Below are positions 9,776 to 19,537 of a stretch of 64,000 nucleotides of DNA, piece by piece. Source of the stretch: an uncultured SAR86 cluster bacterium (GTDB taxonomy: Bacteria > Pseudomonadota > Gammaproteobacteria > Magnimaribacterales > AG-339-G14); assembly GCA_902632605.1 (NCBI GenBank), contig CACPDB010000001.1, forward strand, positions 246,693 through 310,692. Direction: 5' to 3'. The notes below the pieces were generated by a model. The model was not told the DNA's origin and made no database searches. It saw only the letters and a list, made by a program, of their open reading frames with translations. The position numbers and the translations under genes were made by a program. Within the stretch, counting starts at the first letter, position 1. The number at the start of each line of letters is the position of its first letter.

Positions 9776-11268
9776 GTTTTAAGAGAAAATTCTTTTTCCA
9801 AAGATTCAATCATTTTTGAAAGGGAAGAAATATCTTCTACTCCACCATAGGTATATTTATCTGGTCTAACTAAGACTGCTTTGTATTTTTCAAACACAGT
9901 TTTTAATCTTTCTTCAGAGTCTTCTCTAGGATCAACTGTTATTAATTTAATATCAAGCAAATCAACAATAGCTTTTGCTTTGTCAGTTAAATCTAAATTC
10001 GATTGTTGAGTTAAAACTGCAAAAGTTTCATCAATTATCCTATCTAACATTTCTTTTTTGTTATTTTTTGTGAGGACGGGTTGCGGTATAGGAACCCCAG
10101 TTATCATATCAGTGGGATCACTATAAATACCAGATGGAATATGGGGAAAATTTACGTCGTAACTTGGACCTTTTGGTTCGTACTCCTTACCTTCTGCAGC
10201 AGCACAAAATCCTTCGATAACCTGACCTATAGTGACTGTTTGTGCGATAGTCCATTTCGCATGCGAATGTCTTTCTTTTTGATAGGTATCAAGTATTTCC
10301 TTACTTGCTTTGTTTTTTAGAAGAAGATCCAGTTTCCATGAAATATTTGTAATATCTCTGATTCCAGTTCCCATCCCGGCTCCCATAAATGGGGGCATTT
10401 GGTGAGCTGCATCACCAGCAATTAAGACATTCCCTTTGCGCCAAGTCTCAGCTATACAAGCATGAAAAGAATAAACTTGAGCTCTTTCTAGCTTGGCATT
10501 ATTTTCATTTATCCAAGGTTTTAAAAGTTTCCAGACGTTTTCGTCTTCTTCCAGTTCTTTTGAATCTTCACCGGGCATTTTTTTAAATTCAAATCTAAGA
10601 TGTCCGCGCCTACCTGGTACATAAGTACCGGGTCTTTTTGGATCGCACACTTGCATAGCTTCTTTTTCTGGAATATTTATTTTTTCAGTTAAATGAGCGT
10701 CACAAACTAACCATTCTTGATTATATTCAAAATCTTCCAAGTCAACATCTAACTCTCTTCTAACGAAGCTGCTAGCTCCATCGCACCCAATAAGATATTT
10801 TGAAAAAAATGTTAAATCTCTACCAGAGTTTTTGCAGTTTAGATAAACTCCTTCAGATGTATCTTCAAAACTTAACAATTCTGTTCCTTCTTTAATCAAA
10901 ATATTATTTTCTGATTCTACTGACGTTCTTATAAATCCTTCTAATTCAGGCTGATAAAACAAAACTTGATTTGGCCAACCCATAGCAGAGACTCCAACTG
11001 GCTGCTCGATAGTCTGGATAGGTTTTAAATTCGCATCGCCAAAATGTACACGCTGAATTTCAGCTGAATTTTCAACTACTTTTTCTGCAATACCCAACCT
11101 ATCAAATGTTCTGAGTTGTTCCCCATCTGTATTTATCGCTCTAGCCGTTGGTGAGGGCCCAATATTTTTTTCAACAACTAAAACCTTGTGGCCTAACTTA
11201 CCCATTAATCCTGCTAAAGTAGAACCAACAGGTCCATAACCACAAATTGCTATATCAAAATGTTCCAT
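9772..11268 (-). CDS. FAD-dependent aromatic hydroxylase, MhpA-like
   Basis: GxGxxG 'GYGPVG', 'LIGCDGASSFVR', 'GDAAHQMPPFMGAG', C-terminal 'LVRPDKY'. Confidence 0.85.
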   Translation of the reverse strand: MEHFDIAICGYGPVGSTLAGLMGKLGHKVLVVEKNIGPSPTARAINTDGEQLRTFDRLGIAEKVVENSAEIQRVHFGDANLKPIQTIEQPVGVSAMGWPNQVLFYQPELEGFIRTSVESENNILIKEGTELLSFEDTSEGVYLNCKNSGRDLTFFSKYLIGCDGASSFVRRELDVDLEDFEYNQEWLVCDAHLTEKINIPEKEAMQVCDPKRPGTYVPGRRGHLRFEFKKMPGEDSKELEEDENVWKLLKPWINENNAKLERAQVYSFHACIAETWRKGNVLIAGDAAHQMPPFMGAGMGTGIRDITNISWKLDLLLKNKASKEILDTYQKERHSHAKWTIAQTVTIGQVIEGFCAAAEGKEYEPKGPSYDVNFPHIPSGIYSDPTDMITGVPIPQPVLTKNNKKEMLDRIIDETFAVLTQQSNLDLTDKAKAIVDLLDIKLITVDPREDSEERLKTVFEKYKAVLVRPDKYTYGGVEDISSLSKMIESLEKEFSLKT

Positions 11269-11298
11269 TAATGAGCATCGAGAAATTTAAAAATTTAT

Positions 11299-11304
11299 TA
11301 TAAT
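11299..11304 (+). promoter_or_regulatory. Probable -10 element of the VOC-SDR operon
   Basis: Perfect TATAAT 28 nt upstream of the ATG at 11332; GGAG RBS; no clear -35. Confidence 0.35.
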
Positions 11305-11331
11305 GTTTTTTATAAAGTTGCGGAGAAAACT

Positions 11332-12354
11332 ATGAAACCAATTATCAAAGCAGTTGATGTGCAATATTGTACTTTGCAATGTCCAGATTTAGATATTCAG
11401 GAACAATTCCTTATCCACTTTGGTATGCATACAGTTGAAAAAAATGAAGACATTTTGATTATGCGTGGAGAAGGACCGAAACCTTTTATTGAAATTTGTA
11501 AAAAAGGGGAAAAAAAATTTCTAGGAGCAGCTTTTTTGGCATCATCGATGGAAGATTTAGAAAAAATAAGCAAGACCGAACCTTTTTCAGATATAGAAAC
11601 ACTTTCTACTCCTGGAGGTGGATTTATTTCTAAAGGAATAGACCCTGATGGAATAAATGTTGAAGTAGTCTTTGGTATAGAAGATAGACAAGATTTTACG
11701 GAGATAAATCCTTATCCTAATAATGAAGGAACAAATTCTAATAGAGTAAATGAACTCAAAAGGTACCAAAAAGGGCAATATCCTAGAATTTTAAGATTTG
11801 CTCACTATGGCATAAACGTTAAGGATGTTGCTGCATCTTTGGATTGGTACAATAAATATCTAGGAATTATTCCAAGCGATAAGCTTTGGGTTGGTGAGCC
11901 CAATAATCCTGAAACTCCTTTGAATGGAATTTTTGCTAGATTAGATAAAGGTAAGATACCGGCAGATCACCATTCAATATTTTTCTTGAATGCACATATG
12001 ATCTCCCAAGGTAAATCAGGTCTTAACCATGTGTCTTTTGAAATGCTAAGTATTGATGATGTTTTCAGTGGGCACGAAATACTCCAAAAAACAAAAGAGG
12101 AGTTTGATTACGAACTAGAGTGGGGCGTCGGAAGACATTATCAGGGAAGTCAAGTATTTGATTATTGGAGAAATCCATTTAAACAAACTCATGAGCATCA
12201 GACTGATGGTGACGTCTTGGATAATTCCGTTCCACATAATGATTTGGATCTTACAAAAGGCGAAGGCGGAGGGTTACCAGAAGATGGGCCAGGAGCTTCT
12301 CAATGGGGACCTTCTATAAATTTTGCTACTTTTGGAGATGAAAGAGGTCTTTAA
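11332..12354 (+). CDS. VOC-superfamily extradiol-type dioxygenase (trihydroxytoluene oxygenase DntD-like)
   Basis: Two VOC domains; 'HYGINV', 'HHSIFF', 'LNHVSFE', 'WGVGRHYQGSQVFDYWRNP..EHQTDGD'. Confidence 0.75.
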   Translation: MKPIIKAVDVQYCTLQCPDLDIQEQFLIHFGMHTVEKNEDILIMRGEGPKPFIEICKKGEKKFLGAAFLASSMEDLEKISKTEPFSDIETLSTPGGGFISKGIDPDGINVEVVFGIEDRQDFTEINPYPNNEGTNSNRVNELKRYQKGQYPRILRFAHYGINVKDVAASLDWYNKYLGIIPSDKLWVGEPNNPETPLNGIFARLDKGKIPADHHSIFFLNAHMISQGKSGLNHVSFEMLSIDDVFSGHEILQKTKEEFDYELEWGVGRHYQGSQVFDYWRNPFKQTHEHQTDGDVLDNSVPHNDLDLTKGEGGGLPEDGPGASQWGPSINFATFGDERGL

Positions 12355-13131
12355 TTGGATCTAAAAATAAAAGGAAAGAAAGCAATTATCTGTGCTTCTA
12401 GCAGAGGTTTAGGAAAAGGATGTGCAAATTCCCTTGGTCAAGAGGGAGCAGAATTATTTATAAATGGAATTAATGAAAAAAATTTAAAAAAAACTGAGGA
12501 GGAGTTTTTAGACAAAGGGTTTAAAGTGACCTCTGTTTTAGGAGCAATGGAAGATTCTTCGACAAGGTCTGCTTTGCTTGAAGCTTGTCCTGATCCAGAT
12601 ATTTTGATTAATAACAGTGGAGGACCGCCTCCCGGAAATTTTTTTGATTGGACTGAAGAAGATTTTCTTTCAGCAATAAAATCTAATTTCACTCAATCTG
12701 CCTTACTTATGCAAGCCGTAATACCAAAAATGAAAGAAAAAAATTTTGGACGTATAGTAAATATAACTTCGGCAATGGTTAAAAACCCTCATCTAATAAT
12801 GGGACTTTCAACCTCGGCTCGTTCCGGTCTGCATGGTTTATCAAAAGCTCTATCTAGAGAAGTTGCGCAATACAATATAACCATCAATAACGTTCTGCCT
12901 GAAAGAATCGATACTGATAGACAAACTCAAATTTTAAACTTCCAAGCAAAGTTAGCAGATTCATCATATGAAGAGGCAAAAAAAGAACTTGAGGAGACTT
13001 TAACTGCAAAAAGAATGGGAACAGTGGAAGAGTTTTCTGGAGTATGTACTTTTCTTTGCTCTGAACAAGCAGCTTATATATCAGGACAGAATATATCTGT
13101 AGATGGTGGAAATTCCACTAACCTTATTTAA
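12355..13131 (+). CDS. Short-chain dehydrogenase/reductase (atypical: SxxxR in place of YxxxK)
   Basis: TTG start; 'CASSRGLG', 'NNSGGP', 'LSTSARSG'. Confidence 0.88.
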   Translation: MDLKIKGKKAIICASSRGLGKGCANSLGQEGAELFINGINEKNLKKTEEEFLDKGFKVTSVLGAMEDSSTRSALLEACPDPDILINNSGGPPPGNFFDWTEEDFLSAIKSNFTQSALLMQAVIPKMKEKNFGRIVNITSAMVKNPHLIMGLSTSARSGLHGLSKALSREVAQYNITINNVLPERIDTDRQTQILNFQAKLADSSYEEAKKELEETLTAKRMGTVEEFSGVCTFLCSEQAAYISGQNISVDGGNSTNLI

Positions 13132-14155
13132 CTCCTAATTTTTCTTGCAAACCTTTATTTGAGGTGGTGTAACCAAAAGGTACACGTTTTCCAGGATTGA
13201 TTCTTTTGTAAGCTTCTTGAACGGCTATAGTAGTTTCATGAAAGCCACATAAGATTAAATCAAGTTTTCCAGGATAGGTATTTATATCTCCAACAGCGAA
13301 GATACCATTTTTATTTGTTTGATAATTTTCAGTATCAACCGCTATCTTTTTTCCATCCAAATCTATTGCCCAATCCAAGATAGGACCAAGTTGTTTATTC
13401 AAACCAAAGAAAAACAATGCTTCATCACATTCCAAGAGTTCTTCTTCTTTAGTTTCAAACTGCATAAGCTCTACACCCTCAAAAGATGAGTCACCTTTTA
13501 TTGATTTAATCACAAAAGGTATTTTTAACTCAATTTTGCCATCTTTAACCAACTCTCTCATTTGATTTTCAGTATGTTCAGCTCCTCTAAAGTCATCTCT
13601 TCTATGCACCAAGAAGATTTTTTTAGCTATTTTTGATAACTCAACTGACCAATCTAAAGCACTATCTCCGCCTCCAAAAATGACAATTTCTTTATCTTTG
13701 TATTTATCTTTTTCCTTAATCGCATAGTCGACTCCTTTAGAAAGGAATTTATCAGGATCTTCGACTGGCGGTTTCCTTGGTTCAAAGGCGCCAGCTCCAG
13801 CTGCAATAAAAACGTTCTTTGTTTTAAATTCAGTATTTTCATTTGTAACAACTTTCCAGAAATTATCTGGCAGCTCTTCTAAAACATCCACTCTCTGGTT
13901 GAGATGTGTCTCATAAGAAAATGGCTTAATTTGTTCTACTAAGGCATCAATGTGTTCTTTTCCAGTTTGATTAGCCACACCTGGAATATCGTAAATCGGC
14001 TTTTCTGGATAGAGCTCTATACACTGTCCACCGACCTTATCTAGGTTATCAATTAAATGACAATTCAAACCCAAAAGACCAGCTTCAAAAACTGTAAACA
14101 GTCCAACAGGACCTGCACCAATTACTACTATATCTGTTTCAATTATTTTCGACAT
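13124..14155 (-). CDS. Ferredoxin/flavodoxin-NADP+ reductase, TrxB-like (YumC type)
   Basis: 'IGAGPVGLF', 'GGQCIELYPEKPIYDIPG', 'GGGDSALDW', 'VGDINTYPGKLDLILCGFHE'; no CxxC. Confidence 0.88.
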   Translation of the reverse strand: MSKIIETDIVVIGAGPVGLFTVFEAGLLGLNCHLIDNLDKVGGQCIELYPEKPIYDIPGVANQTGKEHIDALVEQIKPFSYETHLNQRVDVLEELPDNFWKVVTNENTEFKTKNVFIAAGAGAFEPRKPPVEDPDKFLSKGVDYAIKEKDKYKDKEIVIFGGGDSALDWSVELSKIAKKIFLVHRRDDFRGAEHTENQMRELVKDGKIELKIPFVIKSIKGDSSFEGVELMQFETKEEELLECDEALFFFGLNKQLGPILDWAIDLDGKKIAVDTENYQTNKNGIFAVGDINTYPGKLDLILCGFHETTIAVQEAYKRINPGKRVPFGYTTSNKGLQEKLGVK

Positions 14156-14487
14156 TAACTAACCTTCATCCCTGGCAGCGCATCAGAATCAGGACCAACC
14201 AAATAAACACCACTGTCATCATTGCTAGCAGCTAAAATCATCCCTTCTGAAATACCAAATCTCATTTCTCGCGCTTTTAGATTATTGACACAAACTACCA
14301 TTCTATTTAATAAATTTTTGGGCTCATAATATTTTTTGATTCCTGCAAAAACTGTTTTCTCACCTAGTTCACCAAGATCTAATTTTAGTTGAACCAATTT
14401 ATCAGCTTCCTCGATTTCACTGACTTCTATTACTTTTGCAATTCGCAAATCAACTTTAAAAAAGTCATCAATAGTAATTTCATCCAC
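14155..14487 (-). CDS. MetRS C-terminal tRNA-binding (OB-fold) domain as a separate ORF
   Basis: 'ITIDDFFKVDLRIAKV', 'NNLKAREMRFGISEGMILAA'; GTG start; overlaps the metG end by 8 nt. Confidence 0.88.
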   Translation of the reverse strand: MDEITIDDFFKVDLRIAKVIEVSEIEEADKLVQLKLDLGELGEKTVFAGIKKYYEPKNLLNRMVVCVNNLKAREMRFGISEGMILAASNDDSGVYLVGPDSDALPGMKVS

Positions 14488-16129
14488 TTTTACTTGCCTC
14501 TATAAGATTCTCAATTTTTTCATCTTCAACCCTTTGAATTAAAGGTTTGAAAGATTGAATTTCATGATTTTTAATTGAAGTCTTAACATTATTAAAGTTA
14601 TCTTCAGCTAAATTCATGTAGTTCTTAATTTTAAATGCAGTTTTAGGGATTATAGGTTCTAAGCAAATATTTAATATCCTAAATAGATTCATACCAGTAC
14701 TAGATATTTTTATAACTTCTTTTTCGTTTATCTTTTCTTTTGCTAATACCCAGGGTTGATTTTGGTCAATATATTGATTTGCTGAATCTGCTAGTTTCAT
14801 AATTCGTTTACAGGCATTTGAATAATCTAGATTTAAATAGTCTTCAAATATCAATTTCGCTTCTTCTTTAAATTCATCAATGAGATTTTCTTCTAAATCT
14901 GAACCTAACTTATTATCATTTTTTTTCAAAAATTTTTGTACTCTGCTGGCAATATTAATGAACTTACCCACTAAATCAGTATTAACTTTTTTTTGAAAGT
15001 CTTTTAGATCAAAATCAATATCATCAATTTTATTAGTGAGTTTCGTAGCTAAATAATATCTCAAGTAATCAGAATCTAATTCTGCAGAATATTGGTCTGC
15101 GAGTAGAAAGTTACCTTTGGATTTGGACATTTTATTTCCATTCAGAGTTAAAAATCCATGAACAAAAACATTAGATGGTTTTTTGAATTTTGCTGCATGC
15201 AATAAAGCTGGCCAAAACAAAGCATGAAAATTAAGAATATCTTTTCCTATAAAGTGATAAATTTCATATCTTGAATCTTCACTCCAAAGATCTTTAGCAG
15301 TAGCTTTATTTTTTGAATCCTTTAGGAATTTTTCTAAAGTACCAATATAGCCAATAGGCGCATCAAGCCAAACATAAAAAAATTTATCTTCAAATCCTGG
15401 AATTTTAAATCCAAAGTAGGGTGCATCTCTGGATATATCCCAATCCATCAAGCCATCTTTAAACCATTCTTGAAGTTTGTTGATAACACTTTCTTGTAGA
15501 GAAGACTTATCTATCCAAGTTTTTATTTCGGCTTCTAATTTTGTTAAAGAGAAAAATAAATGTTCACTATCCTTTATTACTGGAGGTCTTTTAGAAAAAA
15601 CTGATAAGGGGTTTAATAATTCAGTAGCTTCGTACTTTGCTCCGCAATCGTCGCAGTTATCGCCGTATTGATTAGGAGCATTACATTTCGGACAATTACC
15701 TTGGACGTAACGATCGGCAAGAAACAATTTTTTATCTTCGTCGAAGAGTTGTTTTATATTTCGTTTGGCAACGTAACCATTTTCTAGAGCCGTATTGTAA
15801 ATAAGCTCACTATATTTTTTATTTTCTTCACTATGCGTTTGATAATAACAATCATGACTAACCTGAAAAGCTTCTAAGGTTTTTTTATGAGCTTTCATGT
15901 ATTTATCAACTAACTTTTCAGGAGAAATATTTTCTTCTTCAGCTTTCATCATTATCGGAGTTCCGTGGGCATCAGAAGCGCAAAGGTAAATACAATGATT
16001 TCCTATAATACGCTGAGACCTAACCCAAATATCAGTTTGAATATGTTCTAGTAAATGTCCGAAATGAAGAGGACCATTAGCATAGGGAAGGGCACTAGTA
16101 ACAATTAGTTCTTTTTTTTTCGTTGTCAT
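14480..16129 (-). CDS. metG: Methionyl-tRNA synthetase (catalytic and anticodon-binding part)
   Basis: 'TSALPYANGPLHFGH', Zn knuckle 'CPKC..CDDC', 'YVWLDAPIGY', 'KMSKS'. Confidence 0.97.
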   Translation of the reverse strand: MTTKKKELIVTSALPYANGPLHFGHLLEHIQTDIWVRSQRIIGNHCIYLCASDAHGTPIMMKAEEENISPEKLVDKYMKAHKKTLEAFQVSHDCYYQTHSEENKKYSELIYNTALENGYVAKRNIKQLFDEDKKLFLADRYVQGNCPKCNAPNQYGDNCDDCGAKYEATELLNPLSVFSKRPPVIKDSEHLFFSLTKLEAEIKTWIDKSSLQESVINKLQEWFKDGLMDWDISRDAPYFGFKIPGFEDKFFYVWLDAPIGYIGTLEKFLKDSKNKATAKDLWSEDSRYEIYHFIGKDILNFHALFWPALLHAAKFKKPSNVFVHGFLTLNGNKMSKSKGNFLLADQYSAELDSDYLRYYLATKLTNKIDDIDFDLKDFQKKVNTDLVGKFINIASRVQKFLKKNDNKLGSDLEENLIDEFKEEAKLIFEDYLNLDYSNACKRIMKLADSANQYIDQNQPWVLAKEKINEKEVIKISSTGMNLFRILNICLEPIIPKTAFKIKNYMNLAEDNFNNVKTSIKNHEIQSFKPLIQRVEDEKIENLIEASKSG

Positions 16130-16134
16130 AGGAA

Positions 16135-16141
16135 TAAGCTA
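16135..16141. promoter_or_regulatory. Overlapping divergent -10 elements (metG / mlaA)
   Basis: TAAGCT (+, 16135-16140) and TAGCTT (-, 16141-16136), each at -12..-7 relative to the A of its start codon. Confidence 0.5.
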
Positions 16142-16146
16142 TTACC

Positions 16147-16887
16147 ATGGGGAAAGAACATTTTATCTCAAATACTAGAAGTATTCTTTTGATTTTATTA
16201 TTGGTAACTACAGGTTGTGCAACAACTAGCAATCTATCAGGCGATTTTAATCCTGATGATCCTTATGAAGAAAGTAATAGAAAAGTCTTTGAGTTTAATA
16301 ACAAATTAGATAAATTATTCTTAAGACCGGTTACCGACTTTTATGACAAAGCAACTCCTGAATTTGCTCAAACATCAATTACGAATTTCTTTGCTAATTT
16401 GGATGATATAAGAATTTCAATTAATAACCTTTTGCAAGGAAATGTAGTTGAATCCATGAGCGATATAACTCGGTTTTTCATAAATTCTATATTTGGTCTT
16501 GGTGGTTTTTTTGATGTTGCCTCGGAAATGGGATTAGAAAAACACAGCGAGGATTTTGGACAAACATTGGGTAAATGGGGTGCAAAGCCCGGTCCCTATT
16601 TAATGCTGCCTTTTTTAGGACCAAGTACTACCAGAGATGCTTTCACCTTTGTGGGCGACACCGCTTTAGCACCAGCTTTATCCTTAGATGATAATGCTGC
16701 GAGATTAGGTCTTATTTCCCTTGATTTAATAAATACTTATTCAGCATTTACAGGCATTGCAGATATAGAAAGCAAAGATCAATATGCTTTTTTAAGAGAC
16801 GCTTTCTTAGAGAGAAGAAAATACGAAGTCAATGATGGATTGTCTGTGGAAGAATTGACTCAAGATCAAGATTTTGAAGATTTCTAG
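16147..16887 (+). CDS. mlaA: VacJ/MlaA lipoprotein
   Basis: Lipobox 'TTGC', 'DPYEESNRKVFEFN', 'EDFGQTLGKWG..GPYLMLPFLGPSTTRD'. Confidence 0.95.
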   Translation: MGKEHFISNTRSILLILLLVTTGCATTSNLSGDFNPDDPYEESNRKVFEFNNKLDKLFLRPVTDFYDKATPEFAQTSITNFFANLDDIRISINNLLQGNVVESMSDITRFFINSIFGLGGFFDVASEMGLEKHSEDFGQTLGKWGAKPGPYLMLPFLGPSTTRDAFTFVGDTALAPALSLDDNAARLGLISLDLINTYSAFTGIADIESKDQYAFLRDAFLERRKYEVNDGLSVEELTQDQDFEDF

Positions 16888-18138
16888 CTAGTCGGTAAAA
16901 GCGCTATAAACCATAGACTGCATTTGCATTCTTATTGGATAGTAACCTGAAGGCATTAATTGAGTCATTAAAATACATATTAATTCTTCTTGAGGATCTA
17001 TCCAAAAAAAAGTACTAGCAGCACCACCCCAGTTATAGCTACCTACTGAGCCAGAGTTTTGAGTATCAGCTAAATCAATATTAACGCCAAAACCTAAACC
17101 AAAGCCAACACCTTTATATCTTATTTCACTAAAACTTCCTTCAGAACCCATGGTTACCATGTCTTGATTGTCAGGCAGATGATTTGAGGTCATCAATTCA
17201 ATTGTTTTTCTTGATAAGAGCCTCTTTCCTTTAAAAGTTCCACCATTCAAAAGCATTTGACAAAAATTGTAATAATCTTCAGTTGTAGATACCAAACCCC
17301 CACCGCCAGATAGGTGTAAAGGAGAGCTTGAGTAACCGCTTTTAGTGTCGCCTGTGTCCTGCAGTCTTAGATATTCCTTTGGCGTTCTTTCATAACATGC
17401 GGCAAATCTTTTAATTTTATTTTTTGGAACATAAAAACCAGTATCTTTCATATTAAGAGGCTTAAAAATATGCTTTGTAAAATAATCGTCTAAAGTCATT
17501 CCACTCAAAACTTCAACCAATCTTCCACAAATATCAGTAGCCACACTATAGTTCCATTTATCTCCAGGACTAAATTCGAGAGGTAAGCTTGCTATGGACT
17601 GAGAAAAATTTTCTAGATCAAGAGGAGGAAAACTAAAGTCAGTATTATCTCCTCGCGGACCACTCCAGACTTTACGATAGGCATGATCGATATTCGTTCG
17701 ATAGTGGAATCCGTAAGTAAGACCAGCAGTATGTGTTAATAGATCTCTGATGGAGATTTCTCTGTCAGCAGGGCGAGTTATGAAATGCGGATAACTTCCA
17801 GAAACAAAGACTTTGGGATTTTTAAATTCTGGTAAAAATTTTCCAACAGGATCAGCTAATTGAAAAAGACCTTTTTCAAACAGTTGCATCAAGGCAACAC
17901 TAGTTATGGGTTTGGTCATTGAGTAAATTCTGAAAATAGTATCTTTTTCAATTTTTTTATTATTCTCAACATCTCTCAGTCCAGAAGATTCGAAATGTAT
18001 TACTTTTCCTTTTCTAGCAATTAAAGTTTGAATTCCAGCAAGTTTACCGTTTTGGATATATTTATCTTTAAAGAATTTTTCCATTGCCATTAATTTATCT
18101 TTTGCAAGACCTAATTTATCTGGATTGATAGTTTTCAT
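16888..18138 (-). CDS. Serine hydrolase, beta-lactamase fold
   Basis: 'FRIYSMTK', 'LLTHTAG', 'WNYS', 'WGGAASTFFW'. Confidence 0.9.
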   Translation of the reverse strand: MKTINPDKLGLAKDKLMAMEKFFKDKYIQNGKLAGIQTLIARKGKVIHFESSGLRDVENNKKIEKDTIFRIYSMTKPITSVALMQLFEKGLFQLADPVGKFLPEFKNPKVFVSGSYPHFITRPADREISIRDLLTHTAGLTYGFHYRTNIDHAYRKVWSGPRGDNTDFSFPPLDLENFSQSIASLPLEFSPGDKWNYSVATDICGRLVEVLSGMTLDDYFTKHIFKPLNMKDTGFYVPKNKIKRFAACYERTPKEYLRLQDTGDTKSGYSSSPLHLSGGGGLVSTTEDYYNFCQMLLNGGTFKGKRLLSRKTIELMTSNHLPDNQDMVTMGSEGSFSEIRYKGVGFGLGFGVNIDLADTQNSGSVGSYNWGGAASTFFWIDPQEELICILMTQLMPSGYYPIRMQMQSMVYSAFTD

Positions 18139-18578
18139 ATTTGTTCCTTTGCTGAAAGTTTCGCTTTAATAAAATCAGAATGAGCTACATAAATTAAATT
18201 CGATACTTTTCTGATTATATGTTCTTCATATTTATCTATATTCCCATCTGCGTATGCAATTTTCCACATTGATTCTATAAGCTTTACTCTTTCAACTGCA
18301 TCAAAATTGTCATTTATATCGCGGGTAAATTCGTATAGTGAAGTTGAATCTTCCACATTTTCTTTAACGAGATTTATTAACTCATCTATCTCATCTTCAT
18401 CTATCAGAAAATCCTTTAGTAAAGTATTCTTTAATGCCATCAGCTCGGATTCATCAAGAATTTCATCTGCCATACTTGTTTCTAGCAGAAGAGCAATACA
18501 AGCTTTAATTGAAGTTTTGTCGTCTATGGTTGGACTTTCGGAATTTTCAGTTTGAAAAATTTTTTTAAAGAAATTCAT
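18135..18578 (-). CDS. TerB family protein
   Basis: 'ALLLETSMAD', 'SLYEFTRDIN', 'MWKIAYADGNIDKYEEHIIRKVS'. Confidence 0.88.
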   Translation of the reverse strand: MNFFKKIFQTENSESPTIDDKTSIKACIALLLETSMADEILDESELMALKNTLLKDFLIDEDEIDELINLVKENVEDSTSLYEFTRDINDNFDAVERVKLIESMWKIAYADGNIDKYEEHIIRKVSNLIYVAHSDFIKAKLSAKEQI

Positions 18579-19537
18579 GCTGCTTGATTTTCACTTGCCA
18601 ATAAAATATTTTTTAATTCGCACTTAATTTTGTCATTTTTTTCACTGCTCAACAAAAGGAGTCTAGATTTTTTTGCATTATTAAGACCTTTGAATAAATT
18701 TAACATATGAAATTTAGTCTTTATTTCATCTTTAAAGTTCAATGAATCAATGTATTCAAACATTTCGTCAATGACTGATAACATAGTTTTGTTTCCTTCA
18801 GTAGAATTAAAAAAAATACGATCCACATCTAATAATTTAAAAGGTAAGTCATAGGCAGCTCTACCTACCATAATGCCATCCAATTTTTGAAATTCATCTT
18901 TCGCTATTTTGAAATCTTCAATGCCGCCATTAACAATTATATTTAGACGTTTAAAATCTTTTTTAATTTTAAAAACTCTTTCGTAATTTAAAGGAGGTAT
19001 TGTTCTATTTTCTTTAGGATCCAGTCCCTTTAAAAGAGCAATTCTTGCGTGAACATAAAAAGTATTTACACCAATTTGAGATAATTCTTCTATGAAATAA
19101 TCCAATCCCTCATTAATATTAGAATCATCAACCCCTAATCTAATTTTTACTGAAACTTCTTTAGAAGAAACTTTTATCATTTCAGACAAACAGTTCTTGA
19201 CCAAATTTACATCCTTCATCAAAACTGCACCAAAATTTCCAGATTGAACCTTAGAACTAGGACACCCAAGATTTAAATTAATCTCAGAATAATTATATGA
19301 ATTAGCTATCAAAGTAGCTTTTTTTAGCTCTTCTGGACAACTTCCTCCTACTTGCAAAACAGTAGCGTTTGAAATATTTGAATTGTTTAAAAACCTTTCA
19401 GGATCACATCTATTTATTGCATTGGCATGAATCATTTCGGTAAAAAGGATAGTTTCTTTGGATAATAAACCGCACAGATATCTGAAATGACGGTCTGTTC
19501 GTCTCATCATTGGAGCAATGCAGAAGGTTCTATCCAT
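18575..19537 (-). CDS. dusA: tRNA-dihydrouridine(20/20a) synthase
   Basis: 'APMM..TDRHFR', 'NLNLGCPS', 'VSVKIRLG', 'HARIALLKGLDPKENRTIPPL'. Confidence 0.93.
   Translation of the reverse strand: MDRTFCIAPMMRRTDRHFRYLCGLLSKETILFTEMIHANAINRCDPERFLNNSNISNATVLQVGGSCPEELKKATLIANSYNYSEINLNLGCPSSKVQSGNFGAVLMKDVNLVKNCLSEMIKVSSKEVSVKIRLGVDDSNINEGLDYFIEELSQIGVNTFYVHARIALLKGLDPKENRTIPPLNYERVFKIKKDFKRLNIIVNGGIEDFKIAKDEFQKLDGIMVGRAAYDLPFKLLDVDRIFFNSTEGNKTMLSVIDEMFEYIDSLNFKDEIKTKFHMLNLFKGLNNAKKSRLLLLSSEKNDKIKCELKNILLASENQAA

Noticed and set aside
4618-18138. Two beta-lactamase-fold genes and terB as resistance determinants
   Set aside because: Motifs fit EstB-like esterases; terB is solitary in a housekeeping operon; no mobile elements.
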